A stretch of 60,128 bases of DNA, counting the filler, from Asterionella formosa (Eukaryota): assembly GCA_002256025.1 (NCBI GenBank). It is 6 parts of 6 records of this genome, joined end to end, with 100 filler letters (N's around TTAATTAATTAA, not from the genome) between each part and the next. Parts side by side here need not be neighbours in the genome. Positions count along the whole stretch, not along the records: positions 30,148 to 40,084 come from NKIB01010055.1; positions 40,185 to 50,112 come from NKIB01010056.1; 4 more parts are not named here. One strand, written 5' to 3'. Under the pieces are notes generated by a model. It ran no database searches and was not told where the DNA came from. It saw only the letters and a list, made by a program, of their open reading frames with translations. A program made the translations under genes and the position numbers. Shown here in pieces: positions 34,400 through 46,797 of the stretch (the stretch's first letter is position 1; each line of letters opens with the position of its first letter).

Positions 34400-35085
34400 G
34401 TCTGCAAATAAAAACCATCATATTCCTATGATGCATCATAGGATTATGATCATCTGATCATAATTTTTTGTTATATCATCTAATAATTTTGATAAATGCC
34501 CTTGTAATTTAAATAGTAACCCTTTTGACTATGGAAATTTAATTATTAAATGTATTTTTTCTTTTAGTTTCCTTTATTTAAATTTCTTGGTAGGATAATG
34601 TACCAGTTGAAGTAATGTGGTTGGGTTCATCATCCTCGCCAGTCCTCACTCTGATTCTTGCAACAACAACAAAACAGCCATGTCGAGAGGAATGAGTATT
34701 TGTGATAAAATCTTCATTTGTCGTTCAAGTCATCATATGTCTTCAATGAATCATCATCTGCATTGTACAGTATGTTTGTATGCAATCCGTTAAGAGCTTG
34801 AAAAGAATAAATCCAATGAAAGCAAACAAAATGGCTCATCACACAAGACGAATATTTCCGGTCTGTCACCAGAGCATCAATCAGTGTTACAACCTCAATC
34901 ATAGCTAAATAGCATCCATTATAGAACAGCACAATCTACTTCTCTGTAACATTGTCTCTCTAACAAGAATGTAATACATCTAGAATTGAAACGCAGCCAG
35001 CATAGCAGGCGATATTCACAAAGAAGCGTGAGACTATCTATTTATAGTAGCACAGTGATTCTGGTTTCATAATTTTCATGTCTCA
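34400..35085 (-). repeat. Diverged inverted copy of the 20245-21751 repeat family
   Basis: Starts GTCTGCAAATAAAAACC (reverse complement of the shared terminus); strong match for about 300 nt, patchy to about 35085. Confidence 0.75.
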
Positions 35086-35149
35086 TCAGATTTCCTTTGT
35101 TATCGTACTATTTCCCTACCTTTGAAGACAGGAGCGTATTCTTTGATGT

Positions 35150-36330
35150 ATCTGGAATGTTTCAATGGATGGCAGGTAGCAGTTGGATCTAGACACAAAC
35201 CTTGACAAAAGCACTACTTTGTAGATGTTCATAAAAAGCCTATCGACCACCAGTCAGTCTATACTGCAAAAATGCAAGAAGCACAAGATGAATGCCCATT
35301 TATGGATTCAAGTTTCAGTATTGCAGCAATGTAAAATATTAGAAAACGGAAGTCACATTTCATCTAATTACGGTTTTCATTAGCTATACTAGCTAGTATT
35401 GATTATGAGGAAGCAATGGTAGAATGCCAAACAGGCGGGGGCAAACACACCAGAGAATCCTACTAATTTTTCTCCCCAATGATCCCAGACCTTTCTTGAA
35501 TGTCACTTACTACAGAAAATGGAGAACAGCCGCCATGGTCTGTTGATTGTTGCTTGCTATTATGCTTGGTGCCACTGAACCAAAACCTTTAGAAATCTCA
35601 ATGATTTGCTTGTTTCTTGACTTGAATGCAAAAGGGATCGAAACCAGTGAAAAATTCAAAAGGGAACTAAAAATGCTCTGCAAACATCAGGACAATTGTG
35701 AAAGAGAAATGAAGGTTCTTGGTGGGAGAAGTAAAGGGATAATTGCTTCTGGTCTTGCGGGAACAAGAATGGATTGACCCAAACAATGTTGACAAATAGG
35801 TACCTATGGAAAAAGGAAGCAATGATTTTGGCATCATCAATCTATACACAAGCCTGCGCCATCTGACATCAATTATAGCTACCTTGATTCCTTTTTCATC
35901 AATGAAGAAGTCAATGTGTGGAGCATGTGAGGAAAATCGGGGTTAAGACTTTCTTGATGCCAACGTGCTTGGCTGAACTTGCAGATGAAGGCATTGAGTA
36001 ACCTGGGCCTGCATGTGAAGCCAAAGGATAAAGTAAAATCCATGACAAGGGTGGTGAGATAGTGTTTAGGAGGGGGGAGCAAAAGTTATCATAGCTGAAC
36101 GCATTCGAAACTTGTATAGACAATAAATGGTGGCATACCATGGCTGCTCTTGGCTGACAGTTGCCAAGTCAAGTACAAACACAACAAGTGTGCACAAAAG
36201 ACAGTCCAATTTTATTCAACTGGCTGATACTTAGTTGTGAGACTCACCATTCTGCAAAGTATTTTGTGAAGAACTTTTTATTTAGGGGCAATATGGGGCA
36301 CATCCAATGTTTTGGCAATAAAATTGCTGA
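35150..36330 (+). pseudogene. Heavily decayed IS630/Tc1/mariner-like DDE transposase
   Basis: Fragments KHYFVDVHKKP (cf. YYVDGHE.P), HLWIQ, LVLREQEWIDP (cf. VLWERGWID), MPTCLAELADEGIE (cf. PK.H.E.AGEGIEY), broken by stops and frameshifts. Confidence 0.62.
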
Positions 36331-39300
36331 TTTTAGCATGACAGCCAGAAAAACAATAAAATACATAAAAATGGTACATCAAGCGTAAAATACACAAGAA
36401 TGATTGTAAAATGCAACATCAATGAAAATTGAACATGATGTTTGGAGCAACCAAAGTATGAAATGCGACGTAATAAGTAGCAAAAAAATGTTTTGGGTTA
36501 GAAATGAAGTAAAAAAAGGAGTTTCAATGGAGATGTATGCATTGTGACATTGTAGTACTTTCACAGGCAATTGACTTTCCATCACCCCACAATCAAAGAC
36601 CAAAATAAGAAGAAAAATGCTTAACCCAATTAAGACCTGCATGGTAATGTAGCATAGATGATCTGGTTGCTGCAACCATGCACATCGCTGTACACAAGTT
36701 GCAGTGGTCCTTCCGCCCACAGTCATTCCTCTCACCAAAAAACCCTGATCATCATTCCGTTCCAATCCATTCTGATTGAGTATGATCGCCAGGCTGCTCC
36801 AGCACTATCGACTCGCTCCCTCTAGCTGAATATATGTAGCTTGTGATATGAACTCGTAGTAGAAATGTAGCAAAGCGCATTGGTACAAGAAAAGCATTGC
36901 TTGGCGGCAATATTGACATCATTGTCAACGACTATACAAATCAACAAATACGATTGACAATGGCACAATGCCACATCTTCAAAGAGTAGTCATTGATAAA
37001 TACATTGGTTCTTATGCAGATAGATACAATCAAATCAAAACAACAGTGCGGAACGAGAAACAACGACAGAAGCGATCAAAACAGACCATGGAAGCAACCA
37101 AATCGGAAATTCGATAAATAGGAGGATCTACAATCCACATTCAGTGTTTCACTGTTGTACTCACCGATCCGCTTCAACTAGCATAACAAGAAGCAGACAA
37201 TGGGATCAAAGAAAGACGAATGTTGCCAGTTACAAGCCAGAATAGAGCAACGGCAGGCAGGATAGGGTGAGAACTATAATTGTGAGGACGAAATCAGGCA
37301 TACGTAAAATCAATCAATATATGAACAATATAATTTAACATTCTGGTCTCGTAAAAATAATACTGAGTCTACAGCGATAATATTATAATGTGTTCAAAGT
37401 AAGCGTTAAAGTTTAGGTTAAACCATGCATGGTTGTTTCGAGTACCATGTATGTATGTAGGCTAGTACTAGATGACTACTAGTACCGGTAGTATATCCAT
37501 TACTAAGCATCATCACATATGTATGCCTGATCCAGTGATACAGCTGTTAATTAATGAGTATCACATCCTTTGGCACTGACACAATAACTGTCAACTCGGC
37601 AGCATCACACTAATATTGCCAATTTCAAATGAATTCCTTTTTTGTTGGCTTAAAAATCAGAATCATTCCAACATGAAGAAACTACTACAATCGATTGGTC
37701 AAATGGATATAAAATCTAAATCGTAACCTTGCACCACTTTTGCTTGCCCTCTAGAAAGTACTAGTACATTTAATCGTAATTTTGATTACATGAAAATCAT
37801 ATGTTTAGAGCAATACAGCATAGATTATCATATAGTAAAGTTGTTGAATACAATTTGATGCAAAATGATTCGTATTTTTAGCTGTTTGTGGTCGTTATTT
37901 TGGTGTTTGTATTATCATGGTGCACATTGTTGCATTCTTTGTTACAAGAAGGAACGTTTCAAGACAAGCACGGCATCATCTCCAAATAGCATGTTCACAA
38001 CTACCAACTGCTACCAAGATACTGGTAGTTGTGAACAATTGCGTACATCATCTTGAAGGACATGAGATGATGGTATATGTAGTATGATCCTTACCCAGTA
38101 TATAGTATATATCTATATATGCATATAAATAATCTTTGTATCTTTCTTCATGTGCTGAGTACTACTATGTTCTTTCTTCATCTCGGCTGGGTCATGATGC
38201 CACTATAGTACTCCCATGCAACGCCTTGACCAAAACCAACCGAGTTTCTTGTGTATCATCAGTTTTATGAAAAAGAGAAGAAAAGGACCAAAGTCTTCTT
38301 TGGAAAATGTTTTTCCTTATATTGCAAAAGCGAATGGATTACAGCAAGAACTGGCGCTCACGTTTTGGGACAAGTGTCCCGATACGTACGAGAAACTGGC
38401 ACTGGCTTGACGACAGGACCAAATCAGTTTTGACATTCTCAGGAGAAACAAAAGCCTTGGGAGCATCCCAAGTGGGATGGATGAGGTGAGATCGGTCCAG
38501 ATGGAAGTATTTGGATCAATTTGTCTTGCTTGTTCTTTATTGTGGAATCATCATCACAATTTTCTTCTCTCAGCTCTCTCAATTCCACCTTTGCTTCTTG
38601 CCCCATTTTAATTATTTCTTATTGCCGTTGTTTTTTCTGTACACCAGGAACAAAGAAAAAACAAATGGCATTTTTTGCATAAATGGTGAACCTCTTTTTC
38701 GCGTTTCACCGAAGTTTTAGTTGAGCCTCTCAACAAATGCCTACAGTACTTTATGTTAATCCATTCTTATTACCCGTTTTTTGCTTCCCCTTTCTTTGCT
38801 GCTCAGTTGATTGTAATGTTTCTTGAAATCTCCGCCAATTGGTTCCTTGTCTGATTGGCGATATCCACCTTGCAGGATGTTTCTTGGACTTTCAATATAC
38901 CAGTTTTCATCGTTATCGCTGCTTCCACAAGAAAGAAAAGTAATGAAAATGACAACTGAGTGAGATTCTGGTAGAAGAAGTTGTGCAACAATATTGGGTC
39001 GGTTGATCATTACATTCTGTTGGAAAGTTACTACTCTGTTTGATTGTCACATCGGGGACACTGTGCACCATTCCCTCTGCTCTTGAAGAAAGCTGAAGTC
39101 TGGAATGATACCAAGAATCGCCAAGAGATGAATAAATTGAAAGTTGAAATGCAGCAATTGATCCCTCATTTTGCTTCAGTTGATTGGCATCATGAAAGCA
39201 ATATTAATTCAGCTAAGAAAAGGCAAGACTGCTGATTAGTTTTTTCAATTGCCCATTTAATCAACAAACATTTGAAGCACTAACAATGGTTGCATGTATC

Positions 39301-40730
39301 ACCAGGTTGGCATCCTAGGTGATTTCTTGACAAGGCTGTAACTGTTTAGAAAGTGGTAAAGTAATCTTGCATCTTGTTCAATAATTGTAGATTGCATTGC
39401 ACACCCTTGGAAGGATTTGTCATTCTGATTGTGATCAATCCATTGTTTCTTGCTGGTTGGCATGTCCCCTGTTAGAAATAAATGTTACAATCAACACAAC
39501 CTAGTAGTATGGGCTTAACTTAAAACCGTTTAACTAAAGAAGGTTTCCAACATAATATACCAGCAGTTTGGTTCCAGGTGTACGCAGTCTTCATGCCTGG
39601 GTATTTGAGAAGCTTCTGCGACATCAACGACAATGCTTGCCTTGAATTTAATAAGAGAATCTGTACTGAACAGTTGAGATACCCCATTGTTCCATTTTTG
39701 CACCTGTGAGTTAGCTAGTTTGGTTAGGAAACCTTGCATCCCTTTTGTTTGCTACAAGGTAAGTGGTCTGAACCCAAACATAGCAGGCACACATGGCTGG
39801 GATCAAAAAGCTGAAGAGCCCACTTGACATTCTTATAAAATGATGAATCATTGAGTTGCGGAATCATCATACTATGATCATGCTTTGGTTTCATTACCAT
39901 AAGTTTCAGATTAAAAATATATGGGGAGAGGAAGAGAATCATGCAAGTAACATGGGTGACACCAGCAAAAAGAGGCCAAACTGTCAAAAATGTATGCCCA
40001 GAATGTACCCATGTCAGTCATCATCTGCTCATTGAATTCCTGTAGAGGGATGTCTGGCATCATGATGGTGAGCACAAAGGGAAGNNNNNNNNNNNNNNNN
40101 NNNNNNNNNNNNNNNNNNNNNNNNNNNNTTAATTAATTAANNNNNNNNNNNNNNNNNNNNNNNNNNNNNNNNNNNNNNNNNNNNCTGGTTTCCTGTTTTT
40201 GCTACTCCCACAGTCACAATATCATGTCGCTAAACACATGGTATTGAAAGGAAGCAAAGGGAAGCAACAAAACACAACTGACATGGTGATAAGTCACAAC
40301 AAGAGACAGATTTGTTGCGCAAATATATTTTGTGCTATATTTTTAGAAAGAATTTGTTCCAGGCCTAGTACAAGAGGGGTACTACCCGGTATACGTATGT
40401 TTTTGATCATGCACCCAGCCATAGTACTGGTAACATACCACAGTACCGAGCACATTTTCGGGTTTTCCATCGAGTGAATACATTATGATGTACATAACCA
40501 AAATAAATTCATGTTTTTCTTCCTCTATAAACATTTGAATACCGATATTACATAAGAATAAGCATTTATAAATACGGTGTGCATTTAGTAAATAAGCATT
40601 GATTCTACATTCATGGCTTCATTCATGACGATTTACCAGCACAGAACTGTCATCCATCAACAAGGAGGGTTTCGTTTGAGGTGAATGACGTTTACTATTA
40701 TCTATCTGTGACAAACAAATCCGCCTGATC

Positions 40731-41939
40731 ATGACATTTCCAAGGGCATTGGTTCGATGGCATTTACTTTGTAGCCTTGCTTGTTTGACTTTTCTATTTA
40801 ATTGCTTCACAAATTCAGCTGCCTTTTGTCTATCGACGTTGCCGCATCAACGGAATACTATTCAAGGATGCCGTCATGTGGTGGGTCTGTTATCGGCCAA
40901 AGAAGAGTATGATGTAGTCGAGCGCTATCGAAATCGGGCTGCCCTGACCGAGACAATCTTGAAAGAAAAGGTGAAGGAGGTGAAGTTGTTGAAGGGCAAG
41001 GTCAATGTTCTTCAAGATGTTGTCAAGAAGCTCCAATTATTAAACAAGAAATCAATTGACAATGCGGAATCAACAGCCCAGGACTTGAACGATAAGCTAC
41101 AGAGCCAAGAACAGCAACGAGATGCTCTGACGAATCAAATTGAAACCCTTAAACTGGAATTGAATAAAGCGAAGAGTGAAATCGAGGCGCAAGCAAATCA
41201 AAACACCGTTCTTGTGCAGCAATTAAAGTCCAAGCTCGAGCATGAGCGTAGCAACCAACAACAACTGTCAAAAGAGCACCAAGAAAATTCTAATCTAAAT
41301 CAACAGAAAATAAAGGCGCTGCAACAGGAGGTTCTGGATTTGGATCAATCTTTGGAAGTGACTCAATCTGAACTGAAGAAACTCAATCGTCAGCTGGCCG
41401 ATCGAGAACAGGAATTGAGGAGTATGCAGGGAGAAAGTCACAGACGCCAAGAGTTGCTTCAACACAAATTGGAAAAGTCTCTCATGGAAAAGGAAGTTGC
41501 GATTAAAAATCAGACACTTGCGGAAGCGCAACGGATCGAATCGGTCGAGATCGCTACTTCAGCAGTCAAGGCCGCGGAGAAACGAGAAATCGCGTTACAA
41601 CAGCAATTGAATGATCTCCAGGCTAAATATGAAATTTTATTGAATGAGAAGCAAATGATTGCAACTGAAGGGGCAAATAATTCAGATGATGAAGTTTTCC
41701 AGCGACAAGTGGACGCGCTACAGGAGCGTTTACAAAGAGACCGTCTCCTCAGTGAATCGATTCGAAAGCTGGATCAAGAACGCTTCGAAGCCATTTTGAA
41801 GGCTGAACGAACCAAGTTTGAAGACCAGCTTAAGAGGTTACAAATTCAGAGTGTTAAACGAGTGGGAGATACGCCAGTGTCTAATAATCGCATGGGACAG
41901 ATATGGAATCGATTGAGGTCGCCGTTTCGGAGAAAGTAA
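40731..41939 (+). CDS. Coiled-coil protein with bipartite plastid-targeting-like presequence
   Basis: Hydrophobic leader ending NSAAF (ASAF-like), transit-like segment, then about 320 aa of E/Q/K/L heptads. Confidence 0.8.
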   Translation: MTFPRALVRWHLLCSLACLTFLFNCFTNSAAFCLSTLPHQRNTIQGCRHVVGLLSAKEEYDVVERYRNRAALTETILKEKVKEVKLLKGKVNVLQDVVKKLQLLNKKSIDNAESTAQDLNDKLQSQEQQRDALTNQIETLKLELNKAKSEIEAQANQNTVLVQQLKSKLEHERSNQQQLSKEHQENSNLNQQKIKALQQEVLDLDQSLEVTQSELKKLNRQLADREQELRSMQGESHRRQELLQHKLEKSLMEKEVAIKNQTLAEAQRIESVEIATSAVKAAEKREIALQQQLNDLQAKYEILLNEKQMIATEGANNSDDEVFQRQVDALQERLQRDRLLSESIRKLDQERFEAILKAERTKFEDQLKRLQIQSVKRVGDTPVSNNRMGQIWNRLRSPFRRK

Positions 41940-42594
41940 CAGCATTGAGATATATTCAAGATGATCGAATTGGATGCATGTGGAATTTATTTACTTATTT
42001 GAGTTACTTTTCCAGTTATAGTAGTATATCACGGCAAAGACTAAAGTCTATGTGCCTCAAAATTGATTAACAGTTCCTGTTTGCTTGTTTCATCCAGATT
42101 TGTGGGTTTCGTGAAAGTTTTCGAATCTTGTTTTAGTCATGAACATTCGACCAATAATATCTGATGGTGAGCCAGCTGACATCGAATTCCTTCTCTCGTT
42201 TCTAGGGTGAACACACTCCATGCCGTATGTTACATTCGTCCCGAGCATTATGTAGGAGGATGTGAACAGTTTCCCCTTTTTGGTTAGGAAAATGTGACAT
42301 GTGCGGATGATGTCGTAGTCCAGCCAATTGCCTACGAATCGTGCAGTTACTAGAGTACCTGTTTTCAGCTGTTCACCTCGTTTGAATCACGAACTTAGCA
42401 ACCAAACAAAAATAGTTTTCGTGTGATGTGTGTTCATTATGAGTATGATGTCGAGGAATGCATCATTGCGCTGACTAGAAGGTAACAAAAACATTACATA
42501 CCGGTACTTCGAACAAAGCAAGGCACAAGCAACAAAGTATGCCTCATTTTGCTTTCAGCAATTGTATAAGCAAAAATTCAATGTGAACTAACGT

Positions 42595-42668
42595 GCCCAA
42601 TTAGCTCAGTTGGTTAGAGCACATCATTAGTAATGATGAGGTCCATGGTTCGAATCCGTGATTGGGCT
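42595..42668 (+). tRNA. tRNA-Thr (anticodon AGT)
   Basis: Acceptor GCCCAAT/ATTGGGC, D arm GCTC/GAGC, anticodon arm CATCA-TTAGTAA-TGATG, T loop TTCGAAT, T5 run just downstream. Confidence 0.96.
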
Positions 42669-42958
42669 AAAAGTCCTTTTTAAGTATGACTTATTTTGTT
42701 GAATCGTCACGCGTATTCATGATGAAAAATGTGTTACGAATGTAATGATATATGCTGCAGGTCACAGATACTGGTACCAGGTAGTACCATGATCCATTAA
42801 ATATTCCAGTGGTAACGTGAAAAAGTATACTGAACTTTGTTTTGAGGAGGTAACCTTAAGAAAGAGAATTACCAACGTCTGTGTTGTAGGATCAACATTT
42901 TATGCCGAGCATCCATGTGAAGTCTATGAAAGTCAATCATAGGCTACAACAAACTGTA

Positions 42959-43427
42959 NNNNNNNNNNNNNNNNNNNNNNNNNNNNNNNNNNNNNNNNNN
43001 NNNNNNNNNNNNNNNNNNNNNNNNNNNNNNNNNNNNNNNNNNNNNNNNNNNNNNNNNNNNNNNNNNNNNNNNNNNNNNNNNNNNNNNNNNNNNNNNNNNN
43101 NNNNNNNNNNNNNNNNNNNNNNNNNNNNNNNNNNNNNNNNNNNNNNNNNNNNNNNNNNNNNNNNNNNNNNNNNNNNNNNNNNNNNNNNNNNNNNNNNNNN
43201 NNNNNNNNNNNNNNNNNNNNNNNNNNNNNNNNNNNNNNNNNNNNNNNNNNNNNNNNNNNNNNNNNNNNNNNNNNNNNNNNNNNNNNNNNNNNNNNNNNNN
43301 NNNNNNNNNNNNNNNNNNNNNNNNNNNNNNNNNNNNNNNNNNNNNNNNNNNNNNNNNNNNNNNNNNNNNNNNNNNNNNNNNNNNNNNNNNNNNNNNNNNN
43401 NNNNNNNNNNNNNNNNNNNNNNNNNNN
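42959..43427. other. Intra-scaffold assembly gap (second gap at 46447-46694)
   Basis: N runs without the TTAATTAATTAA linker. Confidence 0.97.
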
Positions 43428-43700
43428 TCGTTATTGGGATAGTGTCCAGATATCTGCAGTCAATCCAGTATTGATACAATTTCCACCACATTATATTGGA
43501 GTAGTGACTGCATTGAGAATGAAGCTTTATGTTTACAGAAGTCTGCTATATTCATGTGTTTTCTGTTGAAAATGGCCATAGGCAACATGCTTCAATGCTA
43601 GAATATAAGTTCATGGCTCATGCCGGAAATTGTCATTCCATGCATTAAAAATAATCAAAAGCAGCGAAATAAGGTAATAATCAAAAGTAGAGTCAGATAA

Positions 43701-44414
43701 TTATTTACGTCCCTTCTTTCCTTTCTTCTTCTTGTTGTTTCCTCCAGCAGCACTTCCTACTGCTGACACTGAAGCCGCCTTGTTGTTCAGCGCAGCTTCC
43801 TCCTCTATTTTCTTCTGCATGGCTTCATCCTCTTGTGCTTGGCGCTCCAACCTCATTTTACGCTGCGGCAGCTCCGCCACAATTCCGGCAATGGTTCGTA
43901 AGAGTTTCTTTTTCTTCACTTCACAAGGGTCGCTCATGTCGGGCATGGCGTCTGCATCAAATCGGCCCAACGCATCCATTTCCATAAAATCTTTCTTCGT
44001 CATATCAACTAGCACTCGTCCTGAATTACCCCAGTGTGACTCTGGATCCCGCGGATAACCCTTGTAAGGTTGCAAGACGTGCTTCATGTTGAGTGATTGC
44101 AGTGCCTGACCAATGTCAACAACTGTCGGTGTGTCAACTGCATCCGCTGCAGCAATCCGACGTCCCCGTTTGACAGACTTGGAGGAATCCAAATAATTGG
44201 GCCAAATGACACTGAACCCGTCGTATTTAAGAGTAAAGGATTCGGAGATTGGCCAAATGATGACTGTGTTGGAGTCGGGCTTGGGAGGCATATAAACTTG
44301 GCCTTGTAACGCAGGATTTTCCATCAGGTCGGCCATGGGGTTCAAGTCCTTCATGGTGGGCGCCTTGCTGTTACCGACTTGCTTCAAGCGAGGGCGGCCT
44401 GCTTTCTTGCCCAT
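43701..44414 (-). CDS. SRP19: Signal recognition particle 19 kDa protein
   Basis: VIWPNYLDSSKSVKRGRRI, PT..DI, KGYPRD..GRVLV, K..LL..IA and a Lys-rich C-terminus. Confidence 0.9.
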   Translation of the reverse strand: MGKKAGRPRLKQVGNSKAPTMKDLNPMADLMENPALQGQVYMPPKPDSNTVIIWPISESFTLKYDGFSVIWPNYLDSSKSVKRGRRIAAADAVDTPTVVDIGQALQSLNMKHVLQPYKGYPRDPESHWGNSGRVLVDMTKKDFMEMDALGRFDADAMPDMSDPCEVKKKKLLRTIAGIVAELPQRKMRLERQAQEDEAMQKKIEEEAALNNKAASVSAVGSAAGGNNKKKKGKKGRK

Positions 44415-44855
44415 TCTCGTTGCTGCGATTGCTGGGTTGAATTGTACAACAACGAGTGCGTCTGTATAATAGATAGTTTCGTTTGAGCAAGAATCCTCGA
44501 AATGACAGAAAATGTAAGGCTATGAAATGCAGGTATACGGTAGAAACACATGATGTTCCAGCAAAACACACTGCGATGATGATACAACAAACCGCATGAT
44601 ACTACCTACTCGGTACTAGATACCGGTAAAATATTACCAGCTGTATTTTACCAACATCATATGATACTCACAGTCCCATGGTGCATAAAGTGATAATATA
44701 TATATGACGTATTTTAATAAATATGTACTCCGATGTACATACCGGTATTTATCAATTTTACACCAAATTCTTACTTCCAGGTACCACCAGTATAGTACTG
44801 TAGTGTATTTCTACGTTCGCTGTCGTGGGACTTCATGGCACAAATAATATTTTAA

Positions 44856-46446
44856 GGTTGCGGCCCCGGCTTAACCCTAGTTCGGAGAAAATATCGCTAG
44901 GGTTGTAAAAACGACGTGGAACAGGGAGTTTCCTACTATGAATTCTCATGATTCGAGTGTCCATTTGAATATCTGAATTTAATAGGAATCGGGGCCAGAT
45001 TGATAGAGTTCCATTTTAAAAATATATGATATTTAAACGTTTATACTTTTTCTACGTTGCTGAATGTAGACATAATTTTGCTCTATACCAACACACATGT
45101 ATAAATTTGGAGTGGTCAATATGATTTTGACATGGGTTTTTAGGCGCAAAATAATATAATCAGTAGGTTCAGGGGTTTTGCTACTAAGACCATTAGTACC
45201 TCATTATTTTTGGAATCCTCAAGACTTTTGTAGTGTATAATAGATGATGGAGGTTTTAAGTTTCGCAAACTCATCGCAATTGCATCATTTGTCAATTTTT
45301 GGTCCAGCAAGATGAAGGAGCTAATCGCTTCTGGAGAGCGAACTCTTGATTCTTGGCTGTAGCCATAGCAGGAACAAACCTCATTTATGGCCTTGTCCAA
45401 TCTCTGTTAACATTCTCTAGCCCCTAGATTTGCATTAATGCCATGAAGATCTCTTCACAATCATCCTTTTTATCATTTGTCATTTTTGCCATAAATCTTG
45501 GACTGGCTTGCCTTTATTGCTGTAGTTCCAGCAGGTACAAATAGTTAAAATTTGCTGGTAATATGAAGAGGTAGAGCTTTCTGATTTCCATTTGCAATTG
45601 AGCCATACAGCGCACATGCAATGACCATTGGATTTATGCTGAAAGCTGAATTTTCAATAGTGAGGGCTCGATAGTTAGGCTTGCCGTTTTTCAATTTGCT
45701 TTGAATGTAAAATATCGTTGGCCTGTTGTGTTAAACCTTTAGGACTCCGAAAAATATATTCTTTGTCATCTCTCCTTTGTTGATATACTTTTGAATTGGC
45801 TTTGTATCCATGGAGGCTGAAAATTTTTCATTTGTGCATGATGTAATAAGGGGGATGGCAAATTCTGTATCCTGAGGATGAATCATCACTTGTAGTGAAT
45901 GATTTGAGGGCTGCCTTTAATGTTGTTCTTGCCGTTGATGTAATGGACTTGTCAGATGCTACTATATTTTCATTCGGGAAATTTTAATGTCCATATAAGA
46001 TCATATTTATGTCTTTGAGTGCACTTGCACTTCCTCGGTGCCCATGTCCAAGATTTGCTCTGGTTTTTTTCTAAGAAACAAAAAACGCAACAATCAACCA
46101 ACAATCAACCAAGTGAATTCTACTGGTATTTATATAGTACTGGCAATCACCCAGCAAGATCATATGACATGTGTGGTGGTATCCAGTGTGGCAGGCATGG
46201 GTTTGCAAGATCTTGCAAACTGGGCCAATCAAACAGGCTAAGCAATATACAATTATCTATCAGCCTGCTGTAAATAATGCAGTGAATACTTACCATGGAT
46301 TTTTTGTACAGAAGATTTCATGATGAAAAATTGAATCACAAGACTCCTATTCTGATGATGACATTTCAGCAATAAGTGGTTCTGATTCCAATTTTTTGGA
46401 GACAGTTGAAAAAGCTGATTGTGTTGATACAAATGCTTATTGCTAA
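44856..46446. mobile_element. Decayed Kolobok-like element (other end not seen, possibly in the gap)
   Basis: TTAA|GGTTGCGGCCCC terminus shared with 26054; 46180-46430 is homologous to the interior of element B (26435-26680); broken coding-like sequence on the minus strand. Confidence 0.6.
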
Positions 46447-46797
46447 NNNNNNNNNNNNNNNNNNNNNNNNNNNNNNNNNNNNNNNNNNNNNNNNNNNNNN
46501 NNNNNNNNNNNNNNNNNNNNNNNNNNNNNNNNNNNNNNNNNNNNNNNNNNNNNNNNNNNNNNNNNNNNNNNNNNNNNNNNNNNNNNNNNNNNNNNNNNNN
46601 NNNNNNNNNNNNNNNNNNNNNNNNNNNNNNNNNNNNNNNNNNNNNNNNNNNNNNNNNNNNNNNNNNNNNNNNNNNNNNNNNNNNNNNNNNNNNNGGTCTC
46701 TACATGTAAAGATAATAATAAAATATCAGTAGTAAAAACAAGAATCATTCAAAACAAAATTTTGCAGAGTCAAAAGGTACATCTAGGTCAATATCCT

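Noticed and set aside
37800..40084. Possible decayed gene on the minus strand
   Set aside because: Only short stop-riddled protein-like stretches with no motif I can assign.
42845..42859. GGTAACC|TTAA as another Kolobok terminus
   Set aside because: Match limited to AACCTTAA and no partner TIR found.
42902..46748. ORFs containing long X runs
   Set aside because: Artefacts of N gaps.
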